A DNA stretch of 64,000 bases from Bigelowiella natans CCMP2755. Its lineage: Eukaryota > Protista > Cercozoa. The position numbers and the translations under genes were made by a program. A model generated the notes under the pieces. It was not told where the DNA came from. It ran no database searches and saw only the letters and a program-made list of their open reading frames with translations. The stretch is from the NCBI GenBank assembly GCA_000320545.1, contig ADNK01001884.1, forward strand, positions 1-64,000, written 5' to 3'. Shown here piece by piece: positions 40,798-54,921 of the stretch (its first letter is position 1; every line of letters begins with the position of its first letter).

Positions 40798-43473
40798 TAT
40801 GTGTCATGACACTATCACTCACCCAAAATCCAACTGACGTCCAAACGGAGACCTGTGTAAGAACAAAGCGCTTCCCCCCTTTGAAAGGCTGCCAAATGCG
40901 AAACGTCTTGAACATTCTCACACCGGCCAGCTGGGCGACGGTGCAACCCAGAAGCGTGAGGAATGTCGAGCAGATGATGATCGGCCGGATGTACAGCTTC
41001 TTGTACTCCTTCATCGTCTTCTCAGAAACGTGGTCCACGAAGAGGCATATGAGGGTGGCGCATAGGGACAAGATGACGGCAGCGAGCTTCTCCCTCGTGG
41101 CCTGGGAACCGAGTAACGTATGTTGATCGAGCCTATCCTCCATCTTAAGAATGTGCTCTGAATCGAAGTAGAGAATGGACAGCCATATCACCAGCTGGCT
41201 CAGGAACGTCACAGGTAATAGCCGCATTACGTCCTCGATATTGATGGTGCCCGTGCGGCCGCCGCCATAAATTTCGCCATAGGAGAGAGGGGGAGAGAAG
41301 GAAGAGGAGGGGGATGGAGACAGGCCGTGATAGTTGTTGCAGAAGTACACGGCGCTCAGCGTCAAGCTCACAGCGTACAACATCCATCCGAACGCCTGCG
41401 AGACCACATGGACCATTCCTCCCTCGAAAGGCTGCCACAGGGAAAAGTTCCTGTGCATCGTTTTCCCGGCCACTTGAGAGAGGGGCCCGGATGAAAATAG
41501 CATTAGTGCTGCCGCGTATACGACCTGATATTTCAATCATAATAGCACCATAGAGTAATATAAAGAGGATGCGTGTGATGATAGGAGCTCCCCTCCAGAT
41601 AGTAGGGAACAATCATTTAGCCCTTTCCCTCTCTCACCCTCAATTTTAATTCATAAATTGTCTGCGCTTAATCGTTTCCCCAAATATAAATAAATATATA
41701 TATATATATATATATATTTATATGTATATACACCGGTGACGGCCCTTTTAGGCGACTACGTACGGTGTGAACAACTCTAAGCATCTCGCAACTGCTACGT
41801 ACCATGCCCATATCTATCGAATGCTTGAGAGTGGGGTATGCTTTTTGCAAGAAGTACACGCCGGCTAGCACCAGGGTGGGCCACAGCATCAGCATTAAGC
41901 AGAAGTAGAGCTGGGCGGAGATACGGACGCGCTTAGTACCGATATGCGGGGGATGCGCCTCCATTGATTCAAGTTTTACACGGCCTTGGAAGTGCGAGAG
42001 CGAGGCAACCAGGGTGACCTGGGAGAAGAAGCCGACAATACCGCACATGCTCAGGAGGCCGTCGAAATGGAGATGAGAGAGATCGGCCGGTAGCGCGATG
42101 ACACACTGGATAACGACTCCCAGGAACATCCACCCGAAACCCTGCAGAGTGATGAAAGACCATCCACCTTCGAAAGGCTGGAATAGTCGATAGTCTCTGA
42201 ACTCAGAGGGACCATTGAAGTAGTGCGTGATGACAGACGAAAGGACGCAAGCGGCCGCGCCCACACGCAGCAAGGGTACAGCAATCCACCGTGAACGATA
42301 GAGGTCGGCCACGAGGAAGCACAACAATCCCCCCAATGTCACGAGCAAGCTCACAATACTGTGAGAGTTCCATATGATCCGCAGCCCCACGATAGAAGGC
42401 AATACGATGTCCTTGGCCCCCGCTGAAGAACCGAAGTACAGTAAGCGAATTGCGTGGATGGAAAGGACCAAGAAGCACGTTGGTGTCAATTCAAATTATA
42501 AAAATGTTACCTTCGGCCTTTCCATCAAAGAAAGATATGCTTGTGTTGAGTATCAGCGTGGACGCGAAGCCCAGGAGGCCCAGGGCTGTTAAAGTCCCCC
42601 CCATATTTTTTGCTGCATGGATCTAATTAATGATGAAGATATTGCCCTCAGTTCCATTACCTTTTCGTATAACCAACTGCAATTTGTGCAAATGACTTAC
42701 ATTGAATAAAACCACCAAAGAGCAGGTCAAGCACGACGAGTAAAGAAACCATCCTAGGCTTTGCAGGATCACCTAGTGATGGAGATTTTTTTCAAGGAGT
42801 CAGTCTTTCTTGTGCAAGATAACAAAGCGACGACCAACACATGCCAGATTCCACACACTATGAGCTGTAATCTATTACAAATCGAGGCCCGCCAAAGAAA
42901 GGCATCCATAGGCGAAATTCTTGGTAACGGCAAGCTCCTGCAATTGTGCTCAAGGGTCCTGCCCATATCATTCCTGTTTATATTTAAAAAGATGGATCAT
43001 CTACTGTCCCATACGTATGAGGTTTCTGCAAAATAATACTAATCTGCGCAATTCCCTGGTGTGCAAGTGTACCCACCTAGGATCGCAATGGCAATAAGAG
43101 TGACATCATTGTGTAAGCGCTTGTGGTAGAGATCGGCAATGAAGAGGCAGGTGAAAGAGCATATTGACGCCGATAAGGAAAGTAAGCGAATCTGCTCATT
43201 TCCCGTCGATATTAGCATCTCTTCGCGAGAAAAAGGAAGTAGCCTATTCCGTATCAATTTTTTGCCACCCCCTCCCCGATCGGGTCATGCACTCTCCTCC
43301 GGAATCTGCAGGTGCGGATTGATTCTTACTGGCAGTAATTATTTTATGTTCTTTGGAAAATATAAAATAGGATATTCTCGGTATAAACAATTCGACATGG
43401 ACTGTTATTGAATCACTCTAGGATCAAAGCCGTATGGAAATATGTAAGCATATATATTTTCTAAGATTCCCAT
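36343..43473 (-). CDS. Large polytopic membrane protein with repeated QPFxGG motifs fused to a C-terminal HSL-family esterase/lipase; 5' end tentative
   Basis: ORFs 41668-42489, 40730-41536, 38597-40681 and 36343-38358; the last two join in frame via a GT-AG intron at about 38470-38660; HGGG, DYPLSPE, GDSAGG, DPL and HGF motifs. Confidence 0.8.
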
Positions 43474-43854
43474 TTGTCACCGCGGATTTGTGATTTCACT
43501 CTGCCCTCACATCAAGTCGCACATGAAGAACTTCATGTTTTAACAGTCGTAGTATCAAAAATTCGCCGGCTAGATGCTAGATGGTTTAACCATTTTCGCC
43601 AAGGAAGCAGTTTGATTTTGGAAATGTGAACAAAATGCCCTCCTTTCCTTGCGAAAACCCGACGAATGGAGGAAAACAAAACATCTCCGATCGGTGAAGC
43701 AACATGATGCGAACCATGAGAAGTTACGTTGAAACCAAACTAGGAAGCGACATGAGGATTGACATTGGATCAAAATTCGACCCGCTTTTTCATATTTTTG
43801 GGTCGATTTTTTGCGGTTAATTTTTCAAATCCAATCAGTCCTCACTGAAGCTAG

Positions 43855-44720
43855 TAGCGTGTGAGTGTGCAGCGCACTGGAAGTGGTCAAGACACGTCCA
43901 CTCCAGCTTGCCAGCGAGTGTCCGCCTCAGCTGGCTCAGCTCCCACTGTCACGCGTTGCGTTCAGGAGGAAAAAACTTTTCGTGATGTGCAAACGTGCGT
44001 GCGAACACCCCGCCAGCTAGCTAGCCCGTGCAAACACACCTCTGGACCTAGACACCCTTTGATGGGCATTTCGGAGCCTGCGGCGGTGAGAGGTGACAAA
44101 AAAGTGTCTCAGTTCCCACCTCATGCTGGCATGCTACATGGCTAGCTAGCTAGGTGGTTCAGGGAAAAAAAATCGTGCGCATGTCAGACGTTCATTGTGT
44201 GCCAGTCTAGCAGTGTGCATGACCACGCCAGCATGCACGCACACTGGCTGTGGCTGGCATGCTGGCATGTGTGACGTGCCAGCGTGTGTGTGTAGCTCGA
44301 TCAGAGCTGCATGCACTGCATGGTGCATACTCGCATCGCGCACACGCACAGGCGGCACTTGCTGACTTCATGCGCGCACCAGTTTGTTCGTTCACTCTCA
44401 TCGTCGACAGTCGCGCGAATTGCGCACAACATGCGCATGTTGCGTTGCACCAGTGCACGCTCGCTTTTGCAGACTGTCGTAATTCTCTGCTGTTGTTCAG
44501 CATCCTGGCAGTGTCGATCATGCGCATTCATTTGTGAGCAGATCCCATCGCGCTTGCGGTCATTTGTTGTTTGCTGAGCAGATGCATGAGGAGCCACCGA
44601 GGGCGCCATTGATGTGCAGTGTGTCAATTTTCAAATTATTCAAGTGACTGCGAGCACAAACATGAGCATTGCAGCAACTGCATTGTTGCGCTCTACATTG
44701 TGTTGAGCTGTCGTTGCTCA
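43855..44720. other. TpA-depleted intergenic tract
   Basis: About 13 TpA in about 840 bp, about 10 in CTA/TAG, 7 in CTAG. Confidence 0.85.
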
Positions 44721-44727
44721 AAGTGTA

Positions 44728-44905
44728 AGTTCCACTCCGTTTCCTTTCCCCCCCTCTGCTTCGGCATCTTCCAAACCAGGATTTCGTATCAAGGAAACCA
44801 ACTCGCTCGTGATGTGGAGCCAAGTTCCACCCCATTTCCTTTTTTCCCCTCTGCTTTGACATCTTCCAAACCAGGATTTCGTATCAATTCGCGCGTGATA
44901 TGGAG
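44728..44905. repeat. Imperfect tandem duplication, 95-bp offset, at gene 3' end
   Basis: catcttccaaaccaggatttcgtatcaa occurs twice (ccaaa at 44771 and 44866). Confidence 0.9.
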
Positions 44906-46051
44906 GGCAGGGCACTTGGGAAGGAAGATTGTGAGAAGATACACATTTATGACGTACCAATAGTCTAACACCATCATGAGCTCAGTAGGTTGTATCGGTT
45001 TGTGCGAGTCGGGATCACTCTCATAACTAACGAAATTGATAGAAGGAATAACAAGGCTAGCAATAGACATCGCAGTGAACTCTGCCAGAAAGATCCAGGA
45101 GTACACACTAACTTCAACCATTGCCGTGCCTTTGTAAAAGTCCGTCCAAGCCACAACCATTCGAGTCGCGATGAATTGCGCGAAAAACAAGTAGTGATTG
45201 AGGCTGTGCTCGTGAGTGTATGGGAGATCCACGAATACAAGGAGAAACACACCAGCACTCAACGCATATATTACATTGCCAACCATGCTTATCATTTTGC
45301 GAGCTGGGTCCAATTTGAACATGATTGAACGAGTGCTGTCAAGGATCTGAGAATTATTTGTCGGAAAATTAATGGGGTTCGTAGTTCAGTTCTCAGTTTA
45401 AACCGGCACGCACATGTATTCATGTTTACACACACACACACACACACACACACATGTCCCCCCCCCCCCACACATGTAGACACACACATGCAAATGACTC
45501 ATCCAAAGACACATATACAAATTAACACATGCATCCGATGTACAGGTGCCTAAAAATGTGAGACACATGCATTTACATTGTTGACTTCATGTGAAAGTGA
45601 CAGGAATGAAATCACACAATATCATTTCATCACAATGCCAATGACCAGTATTATCAATAGGAGTGGAAGAGTCAGAAATGTTTGTACTTACAGCGTATCT
45701 GACTAGGCAATAGAATCCAAAGCCATAGAGTGGAACAGCAAGATAGATCGCCGGTCGCTCATCAAAATTGACACACCCACTGTTGTACCCCATCGCACTC
45801 TTGATGTGGTTATCTTTTAACATCTCAGGGTTGAAAATTCGTGTGACTATACCACACAAGATCATCGACAGGACAGCTAGCTCCAATTGTGCGCGCAGAT
45901 ATTCGGTGGGGTCGACGACATCTCTCCTCTTTATTTCATCGCGGAACACGTTGATGAACGCAGGCAATGGACACCACCCTTTGTAACATGGTGTATTGCA
46001 CTCTATCATTGATTCTTCATCCGCGCTTGCCTTTCTCTCGGTGGTCGCCAT
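44789..46051 (-). CDS. Multi-pass membrane protein of unknown function, 2 exons
   Basis: ORFs 45587-46051 and 44789-45322 linked by an intron at about 45347-45690; several hydrophobic helices; GYNSGCVNFD motif. Confidence 0.7.
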
Positions 46052-46792
46052 GTTGAGTGCGCCCTAAGTCGCTGGTGGGTCTGGGATCACCAGCACAAGG
46101 TGGCACCCACTGGCACCTCTCCTCTCACAGTCGGCCTCCTCCTCCTAACGGTCTCTTCCAGCCGTCGATATCTCGAGATGTACTCGAGTATGCATTGGCC
46201 GATGATGGTGATGATGATGATGATGATGATGATGGGTTTGACTACCGGTAAAAAAAAAACTCCTCGAACTCTTCACAAACAGCCTGTTGAGAGCCTCACG
46301 TTTTGATGGATGGCCTGCAATCCGCCAATTTGCGAAGGCGGCAGACATAAAGTTAGATAAAAAAAATAAAAAAAATAGCGAAGTTTGCGGTCCCATATCA
46401 CTTAGGTTTGCCGCAATTGTTTGCAGCTTGCGAGTCCTAGCGTCTTCTTGCTGGAGAAGTCAAAAATATATACTAAAAACTTCTTACATATTCGTGAGTC
46501 TTCAGTTAAAATTCAGCGGTTGAAAGCAGCAGGTTGGTTTGTGGTCCTCCTGTTGTCAACGCGCAACTCATCACTCATACAGTAGCATGTTTATGTTGAT
46601 GGGGCCAGTTCTGGCTTTTTGCACTTCGAATTTTCGTATAATAGTTAGTTATTATACAATCGTGGGGGGGTACATTGAAATTTACTGTTGCACTGGCGAA
46701 ATAATTAAAGCTACGTGCCATTGATGTTGGGCTACGTGGATACTGATCAAGGATCGAATGTGCACTAATTCTTCACTTTTTTTGCAACTAGG

Positions 46793-47797
46793 ATGTTAGT
46801 ATCGTCACGCGAGACAGTCTTCTTCGCGGCAGGCACCATCTTCGTGCTTTTTCTTATCTCCTTCCAACTTCATTCTTCAGCTTCCACTCAAGCACAAGGT
46901 ATTTGACCGATCCTGGCTGTGGAGCTGAATTATCATTAGAGAATCGCTTAAAAGGATATCCTGTAAGCAAAACAAAATTGATAAAGCTAATAAATTGGCT
47001 GTAGGTATGCTTGGTTCGCAAGTTGCTCGATGCACAAAGTCGTCCATGAGAGCTTTTCAGGCAAATGCTGCAAGCTGGGCTAGCCCTTCACGTAAGAAAA
47101 ACTCATTTGCTTTTAGGAAAAACGTGGATTAATTGTTTTGAAATTAATATATGGGTACATTCAGGTACGACAGGTAGGAAGTGGTTCGCGACTCATCGTC
47201 AGAGGTATCATTATCCTCCTAAAAGTCTTCGATTTTTTTTTTCCATTCGACAATACAAAAGCTGACCCCATCCATATTTCTTTGTTTTTCCTATCACCCT
47301 TTCTTCCTCATTTTCCATCTAATCATTTTCACCTTGTTAGTGTGGTAAGGGCAAAGAAGGAGGATGAGCCTCAAGGCCACCAAGACGGCCGCCCCAGAAG
47401 AGAACCCACAGAGAAGGAGGTAATGCTTGCTCCTTCCTCTTGTATGTCGGCACAGCTCAATCGTTGCAACTTACCTTGTGGATAATGATATCATTTCTAC
47501 ATCACAGAAAAGGATTATGGAATATCAACAGAACGCTCCTAAGCTTTCATTTGCAGAGGAGGTTGTTTTTAAAAAATATTGTGGGAAACTATTTAACTGC
47601 CCTATGAATGCGGATTGTAACGGCGTCTCTCTCTGCGTGTTTACCTCCCTATTCTTCCCTCTCCTCCAAGGCAAAGTCTTTGGTAACATTTGGGAACGGA
47701 TATGGTGTAATTTCCACCATAACGAAGGACGATTATCCTGGTGGAGCAGGTAGATCATTCGATCATGCGATGTTCTAAGATTGGTGATTTTGACCCG

Positions 47798-47841
<44 letters not shown>

Positions 47842-47918
47842 TATCTATATTTTGCAACGTAGTTGTAATGTACGCTCCCGATGACGATGGACTTCCTGCT
47901 TTCTCCTTCAGTATGGAA

Positions 47919-47959
<41 letters not shown>

Positions 47960-49912
47960 CATGAACAGGAACATGATAATAGTGCAGCATCGAAAGAGGG
48001 TCCCTCCACGTACTCATCAGATTGTATCCACTTGCCACATGGACTGTTTACACCCATGACGCATATACAAACACCGCACGCACCAGAGGCATCCATGAGC
48101 GTGAAGAAACATTCGCTGCTTCTGCCCTCTCGACTCAGGCACTATGTCTGGCCACACGCAAGATCTCATGAAAAATTCCAAAGCAAGCCTTACTGTGACG
48201 ACCAACGACTTCAAGGTAACCATAGCAGAAGACGGCAAACCACCTTCATCTAACTGGCACGTATATCTAACTGGCACATCTGACTGGTACATATTATCTC
48301 CACCAGGGAGCTGCGGATGCACGTGTGAACCTCGTAGGCGACATCGAGAAGATCACCGACGAAGAGGAGCTCAAGAAGTACAGGTGGTATGTGTGTGCTA
48401 CAAGAATCTACCTTTCCTCGACGCCACACCCCCCGCAAGGAGAGAATGCAGCCAGATTTATTGGATGAATAATTATAGAAGCGAAGTTTCTCTCCCTCGA
48501 TTCCCCTTTTCAATTTGATCGGAGCCCGCTGAAATAACATAGCTGAGGTGTCTGCATTGTTCTGTGCCTCCCCCTCCTACGCGCCTTCCTCAGAGAAATA
48601 TTTATCAAGAAACACCCAAACGCCTTCTGGGTCAACTTTGGCGATTTTTTGGTGTACCGCATGACCAACCTGAAGCATATTCGTTTCGTTGGGGGATTCG
48701 CGAGGGCCGCCAATATCCAGCCCGGTCGTTTGAAGTATTAGTACTCTTTTCAACAACATGTATTAGCCATCGTCGTTGTCCATTCCTGTGTGACTGGTGC
48801 TATGATGGCCGAGCGACGCATTGCGTCACCAAGCACAAAAAAGCGCTCTTATTCACATAGTACCCGAGCCCCAATGCCTCAGTGTGTCTAATGATCATGA
48901 ATGATAGGTGAGTATCTCGAAGCTTCAGCGGATCCTGTCATGGAATTTGCGGAGAAAATTGCGGTAGGAAGTCCAGGCACTTGTTGCTTCACACTGAGTA
49001 GACATTGAGAAGTGAATAGGCTGCTGCTTTCTAAAACGTGTTTATTTCTGTCCATCAACTGCGAAGAATGAGAACGAACTACAGCCCAAAGAATGCCGGA
49101 CATCAAACTAATGGATTTTCATACTGTAGGGCCATATGAACGACGACCACCAGGACGCAACGAAGTTGATCATGCAGCACCAAATGGGCTTGGAGTGCGA
49201 AACAGCTGAGATTAAGAACGTTGACAGATTAGGCATGACGGTCTTCGTCACTGTCAAACAACCTGATGAAAGTAGGAACTTACCGCGAGAGAGAATAGAG
49301 AAGGGTGGGGGGATGTGTAAGATGCTGCTGAGAGCTAACAGGATGGGAATTACGAGTAGGGATTTGAGTAAAGCCACATCTGCCGCGTCTTCCACATTTT
49401 GTATGCAGAACGAGGGTGCGTCGTAGTGTGTGCGCGAGCGCGTTGCCATACTCTCTTGGTGGATGCTATGCCTCAGTGTTTGCGTGGTTCTTAATTTGAT
49501 TTAGCTGTAAGTTCCCCTTTCAAGCTCCGAGTAGGATTCCCTGAAGAGGCGCCGGATCGAGTGGTGAGAAGTAGAATTTGGCGAAGAATTAAGAGAGCAA
49601 GCAACGTTGTTAAATGGAGTGCGTGTATTCTCGGTGGTTGGTGCCGCGGTTTCCGTTCTTCCATGGCTGTAGAACTGAATCGTTGACAGTATTTGTTTGG
49701 TTCCTATTTTCAGTTTATGTACAATAGGGCATTGTGTTCATTTGTGTTTCACCTTAAATATGAGTATACCATCGTTGTCGTTACAGGGCGTACGAAATAT
49801 GTTAAAGCGTATGACAATGGAAGCAGCAAGTGCGTTGAAAGCTGAAGCGGAAGAAGGAGAAGAAGAAGAAGCTGCGGCTGCTCCTTCATCGTCATCTTCT
49901 ACTTCATCGTAA
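46793..49912 (+). CDS. HOZ/HugZ-like split-barrel heme-binding protein (PNPOx-like + DUF2470), probably plastid-targeted
   Basis: Signal peptide; MSGHTQDLMKNSKASLTV, ADARVNLVGD, KHPNAFWVNFGDF, RFVGGFARA, HMNDDH, VDRLG. Confidence 0.85.
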
Positions 49913-51055
49913 TCCTCAAAAAAGATCGTTTCGGGTTGTTATCGATTAGCCTGTCGGGTGTGCGATGCAACCTGAGTAGGTTGTTAGCATGTGTGCACGT
50001 GTGCAACTGCACAAATTTAAAAATTAAGTAAGCTTTGTACAGAAGCAGCACATCCAAAAGGTTGTCACATTATCCACGCAGAGCTCGATCTGTAACATTG
50101 CATGGTCATGGAAAACGGTGGCGCCGTCTGAGTCTCTTGCCGTTCAAATAGCTGCTAAGCTGTAACAAGATGACAAGATATGTGTGCACTACAAAATCGC
50201 AAGTTGTTCGCTGTCGATGCATTTCAGTTAGCCTACGTTACGTAGCAATCACACATGGACTATCCACTGCTTTGCCCTCTCATGTTCACGGAAGCCAACA
50301 TCAAGATACACATATGCTGGATGCGCGATCTATTTAATGTGTAGGTACATTTGTACACAAATATAGTTTTTGTTCAACAACCAAACACTAGAAGAGCTAG
50401 CTATGTGGGCGAGTTGCTGCAAGCATGCTGTGCACACGGTGCGACATGAAGCTGCACGAGTCGATTGAGGCAATTTACTAGATAAGCTCGACATCATCTA
50501 GATTATTACTACACGTGAGCGGAGCATACTAGCATAATAACGCTTTCGAATGCTGGAAACATGTCTACGATATACCCCTATAGATGCACTGTATAATAGT
50601 TACAATGTATTTCATAAGACATAGCTAATTCTGTGTCTAAGGTGATTAAGATCGACATTCACTGTGCTAACAACTCTAGAGATTCCACTGTTTTCTCGCG
50701 GAAATGTAATCTGCACGTATGATCGTGTGAGTCTGTATGTAGCGCAGAGACCCATGTGTGTTATAATACTGCATCACACAACACACACGGCACACTCGTT
50801 CTAGGAGATAGCCTTTTCAACAAAAAATATCTCTAATATCCTCGCGGTGTTGGATCAACACATACATCCGACGACCTCAAGTATTCGACCCAGCTTTATA
50901 CTGTGGTCAACCCTTTTCCTGTAGGCCTTTCTGGTGCCATTGTTCGGTATATCATCTTCCCCCTCGCTGCCGCTCTTTGTCATCGCCATTTATCGTAGGA
51001 CAGATTAACAAAATCCTAGTGATGATTCCACTCTCTTTCCCGTCGCCATCGCTAT

Positions 51056-52449
51056 CTAGTCTCGAGCTGATGGCGGCTCATTTCGAGGAGTCCTCTTAAA
51101 CTTCAGCCCATTCGACTCAGCGAAGCGCGTCATAAACCTAGCACCAGCGTACATGGCTTTTAGGTATATTCCTAAATAATACTCTTAACGGAAAAGTTGT
51201 CTGTCGATTCTCTATCTACCTCATAAAGCGGTCCCATTCCCCCTCGGTAGTCATCAAGTAGCGAGCGACCACACCTGTTGGCTATTAACCCCCACAATGA
51301 AGAACACCCACAAATTCGCAACAATCTTAATGGGAAATCGTTATTGGAACAGTAGGTAGGAGGGATGTTGAGCTAACACAGTTGTGGTGATTTTGGCCAA
51401 TATTCTTTTATTTAACTGTTTGCTTTGATGCCGATTGTTACTTCTCTTCCCCTCCTCCTCCTCCTCCTCCTCCTCTTCCTCCTCCCCCTCTTACCTTTCC
51501 ATTTGTGAAGACGGAATCCAAGTCGTAGGTGGTAATTGAACCCTCCTCGTCGACCTATAAAATGAAACCATTGCCGATGGTGTAAAGGATAGTATTTCAT
51601 CGTGATTAGTTCATGCATTTTAAGTTTTGTGTCCCCCCCCCAATTCGAATTACCATAAAGAGTCCTTGTATGAAGCCCCCAGTGAGTACCTTAAGCAGGA
51701 AAAGAACGTGCTATGGTGAGAAACTGAACAAATCAACCGTGTATGGCCAGAAGGCAATAACGACCTGCTCGATTGGCGCTTCTAGAAAGTGTCGAATGAC
51801 ATCAGGGTGCTCAAACACGAACGTTGCGGTCCGTGACCTTTGAATAAGCCATAAACTCCTTAATTTAATACAAACTCTATAGATGCACGCACCTGATCTC
51901 ATACTTTCAGTGTTCTATGCTAATATGATAATGAGTCCTTCCCCCCCCCCCCTTCTCCCTCCCTGGTTTATTGTTCTCTTACGTTCCGTCTTTGCTCTTG
52001 CTGAGTTTCACATCGGGAACAGAGCTTTCATTATACCCTGACCGAAACTGGAGGACTGCGGACTTCGGTGGTTCTTGAAAGCTTCTCGCTCCGCGAGCTG
52101 TCGAAGGCATTGCGCTTGAGTAACGGGGACTTGACCCTCGAGAGAACGATCCCCGGCCGCTGGTACCCCTTCTCAATGGAATCCTACCACCTGCTTTCGG
52201 TGAAGACCGCATGACCTTCTTTTTTTCTTCCGATGCCTCACATCCCCCCCTGCATCGCGGCCTCCTGCGAGACGAGCCTGGACGGGGAAACCACGACGTA
52301 GTTGCCCATACACTTACCTTGGCTGGTGTTGCTGTCTGTTTGCATCGTCTGGCAGCTCTCAGACCGTGCAATCTCGTTGTCAATACGGTCGTACTTGATG
52401 GTTGAGCCATTAGCAGAACTACGAGGAGAGCTGCCCAAATGCGCTCCAT
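51056..52449 (-). CDS. psb28: Photosystem II assembly factor Psb28 with bipartite plastid presequence
   Basis: LQFRSGYNESSVPDVKLSKSKDG, TATFVFEHP, YLMTTEGEWDRFMR/FMTRFAESNGL; N-terminal MERIWAALLVVLLMAQPSS then Arg-rich segment. Confidence 0.92.
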
Positions 52450-52831
52450 CGGTTCCGCTTTGACCAAGATGTGGTACCGAGGGGGGGGGGTCGTCCTCAA
52501 CACGAGCGCGTAGTCAAAACCATCGACGTTGGAATTTACAGAGATCAAATTAGTTCATTTTTCATGCGATAAATACCTAAAGTCATTCTACATTCTATAA
52601 CAACAAGTAGAACACTCGGGTATCGAAATCTCAGAATTTCGACTCAGAATCTGACTCCCGAGCCCTCTCTCTCCGCCCCCCCCCTCCTTCTTCCTCTCCC
52701 CAATTTTCTTGTTTGAATTATTTATTGGAAAATTGGCGCAGGGTTTTGAAGAAGCCGCAAGTTGACGGTTCGCTCGTGGAATCAGCAACCAGACAAACTC
52801 ACTCGCAGGCTCGCAGCCAAACCTTCGAGCA

Positions 52832-53921
52832 ATGAGGTGTATGAGGAGTTGGAACGCCATGTGCCACGTGGGGCTTCCATTCCTCAGGAAAGCCACCATC
52901 GTGCCTCAAGCGCATGCCTCTTTTCGAGGGATGATGACTGTGGCATTCGGCAAATCATCTCTGAACGAAATTCTCCAGAAAGTCGAGGACTACAAGGATG
53001 ACAAATTCTTTCTCAAAGACTTCGTCAGTCTGATGCCCCACATTTTCAGATGTTATCGACCGACCTGTATAGCCTAGGCTAGGGAGTTGAGGGGAAGTGC
53101 ACGTGTCTGCATGATCGTTGGCATTGTTCTCGCATCATTCTTTAATGCAGAAGCTAACTTATTGTATCATCATCGTCGTCATTGTCATCATCATCATTAT
53201 CTCCGCTCAGGCTGGATCTCTACCTACTATCAGCGACAACCAAGTCTTTGCAAATGCCGATTGTGCTCTCCAACACATCAAACACTACGGCTTCGACTAC
53301 GATTTCACGGTGACTATCCCATCGCATTCTAATGCATAAAATCGTTCATACATGGCTAGTCATCGTCGTCAACATCGGTCTTACACAACAACATAACTAC
53401 AGCTGGCCACCTACAATAAGAAACTCCCGCATCTAATTTACGACCTGGCAAAGGTAAAGTCGACGTTTGTGCTTGTGTATGGCGATGTCACGAATACACC
53501 GTAAGAGCTATGTTCCAAAAACCCCTTATTAGCGGCGTCTCGTCGAGAAATTCGGCTATCCTATTGAGGTAGTAGACGGCATCAATGTGATGACGATGTG
53601 TCATGAGGATGCTTTTTAGATGGTGATGAATCTTTTCGCTGACACTTTCAACCCATGCAGCATTCGTCAATATATTTGTTAGCGCAACGTTAAGCATGGA
53701 ATGCTGCTGATGCTGCTGCTGCTGCTGCTGCTGATGCTGCTGCTGCCTTGAAAAGGTTGAAAGCTTGAAGTACGACCCAAACTTTGCTATCAGGGGCTTG
53801 CACATAGACAAGTAATAATAGTGTGAATATAGACAATGAACGATGATGATGGATGACGACGACGACGACGATGATGACGAGAATGATGATGGTGAAAATG
53901 GAACTGCTACATTTAGAGAAG

Positions 53922-53967
<46 letters not shown>

Positions 53968-54876
53968 CCCTTACTTCACACTGGGTGGCATCATCACATC
54001 ACAGGGAGACCGGCATGCTCCTTAAGCTCGACCAATACAATAAGATTCAGCTGCCTCTTTTTAAAGGGCGCTCGCCCGTCACAACCGCAGAGGTCATACG
54101 CGGCACAGCGCAGCATGCAATGGCACAGCATCGAGCTCAGCACCCCATTTAGCAGATGGAAAAACAAAGCTTTGATTCCTCGCCTGGCTCACTATGATCC
54201 GCTCGCCGCATTATTCCTGATTGTTGCTGAGATATAAATCCGTTTTAACGGTTTCAGACGGTACGTACGTACGGCGGGCTGCGGGTGTCTAGGTCGTATG
54301 TCAGGGAGAACATGCACATGATGAAAGACTTATTCGCGCTTCCAGAGGTAGTGCGTTTGATTAGCAGTACTACCAGGGCGAGGCAACAACCGACGCATCA
54401 TCTTGGAATGGCAGAATTAATTCGTAAATTTACTGCGAGAAACCCGTGACAACTGTGTGTCTCGCGGTGCTGAATACCGCAAGTTTTTCTTGCACGAATC
54501 TTTGCCTGGTTTATCGTAGCCCCACCCACTCCCAAGCAAATAAATGCTTGAGGAAAAATTGAGAGGAGGCCCTTTCTTTCAAAAGCTGTTATTCATCTTC
54601 ATGTGACTATCTTGCGTTTGGTCTATCTTCCTCATCAGGCGTGTTTATACGCCGACGTCATGGAACTTCTGATATCGAAGAATCAGCCGTTTGAACCATC
54701 GTATGTGGTAATATTTGCTTAGTTTTCTAACCGCAACTGTGCTATACACGTAGCAAGATTGCGTATGTGAGTCATCGTTCGCAATATGCTTCTGCCCCTT
54801 CCCCCTTGCAGATCCAGGATATCAATTCGGCGATTGGGTACGATAGACGTAGGAGATGGTTGGAAGGAAACGTTTT

Positions 54877-54921
<45 letters not shown>

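Noticed and set aside
43861-44627. Cluster of overlapping His/Cys/Ala-rich ORFs
   Set aside because: By-product of TAA/TAG loss; no coding signature
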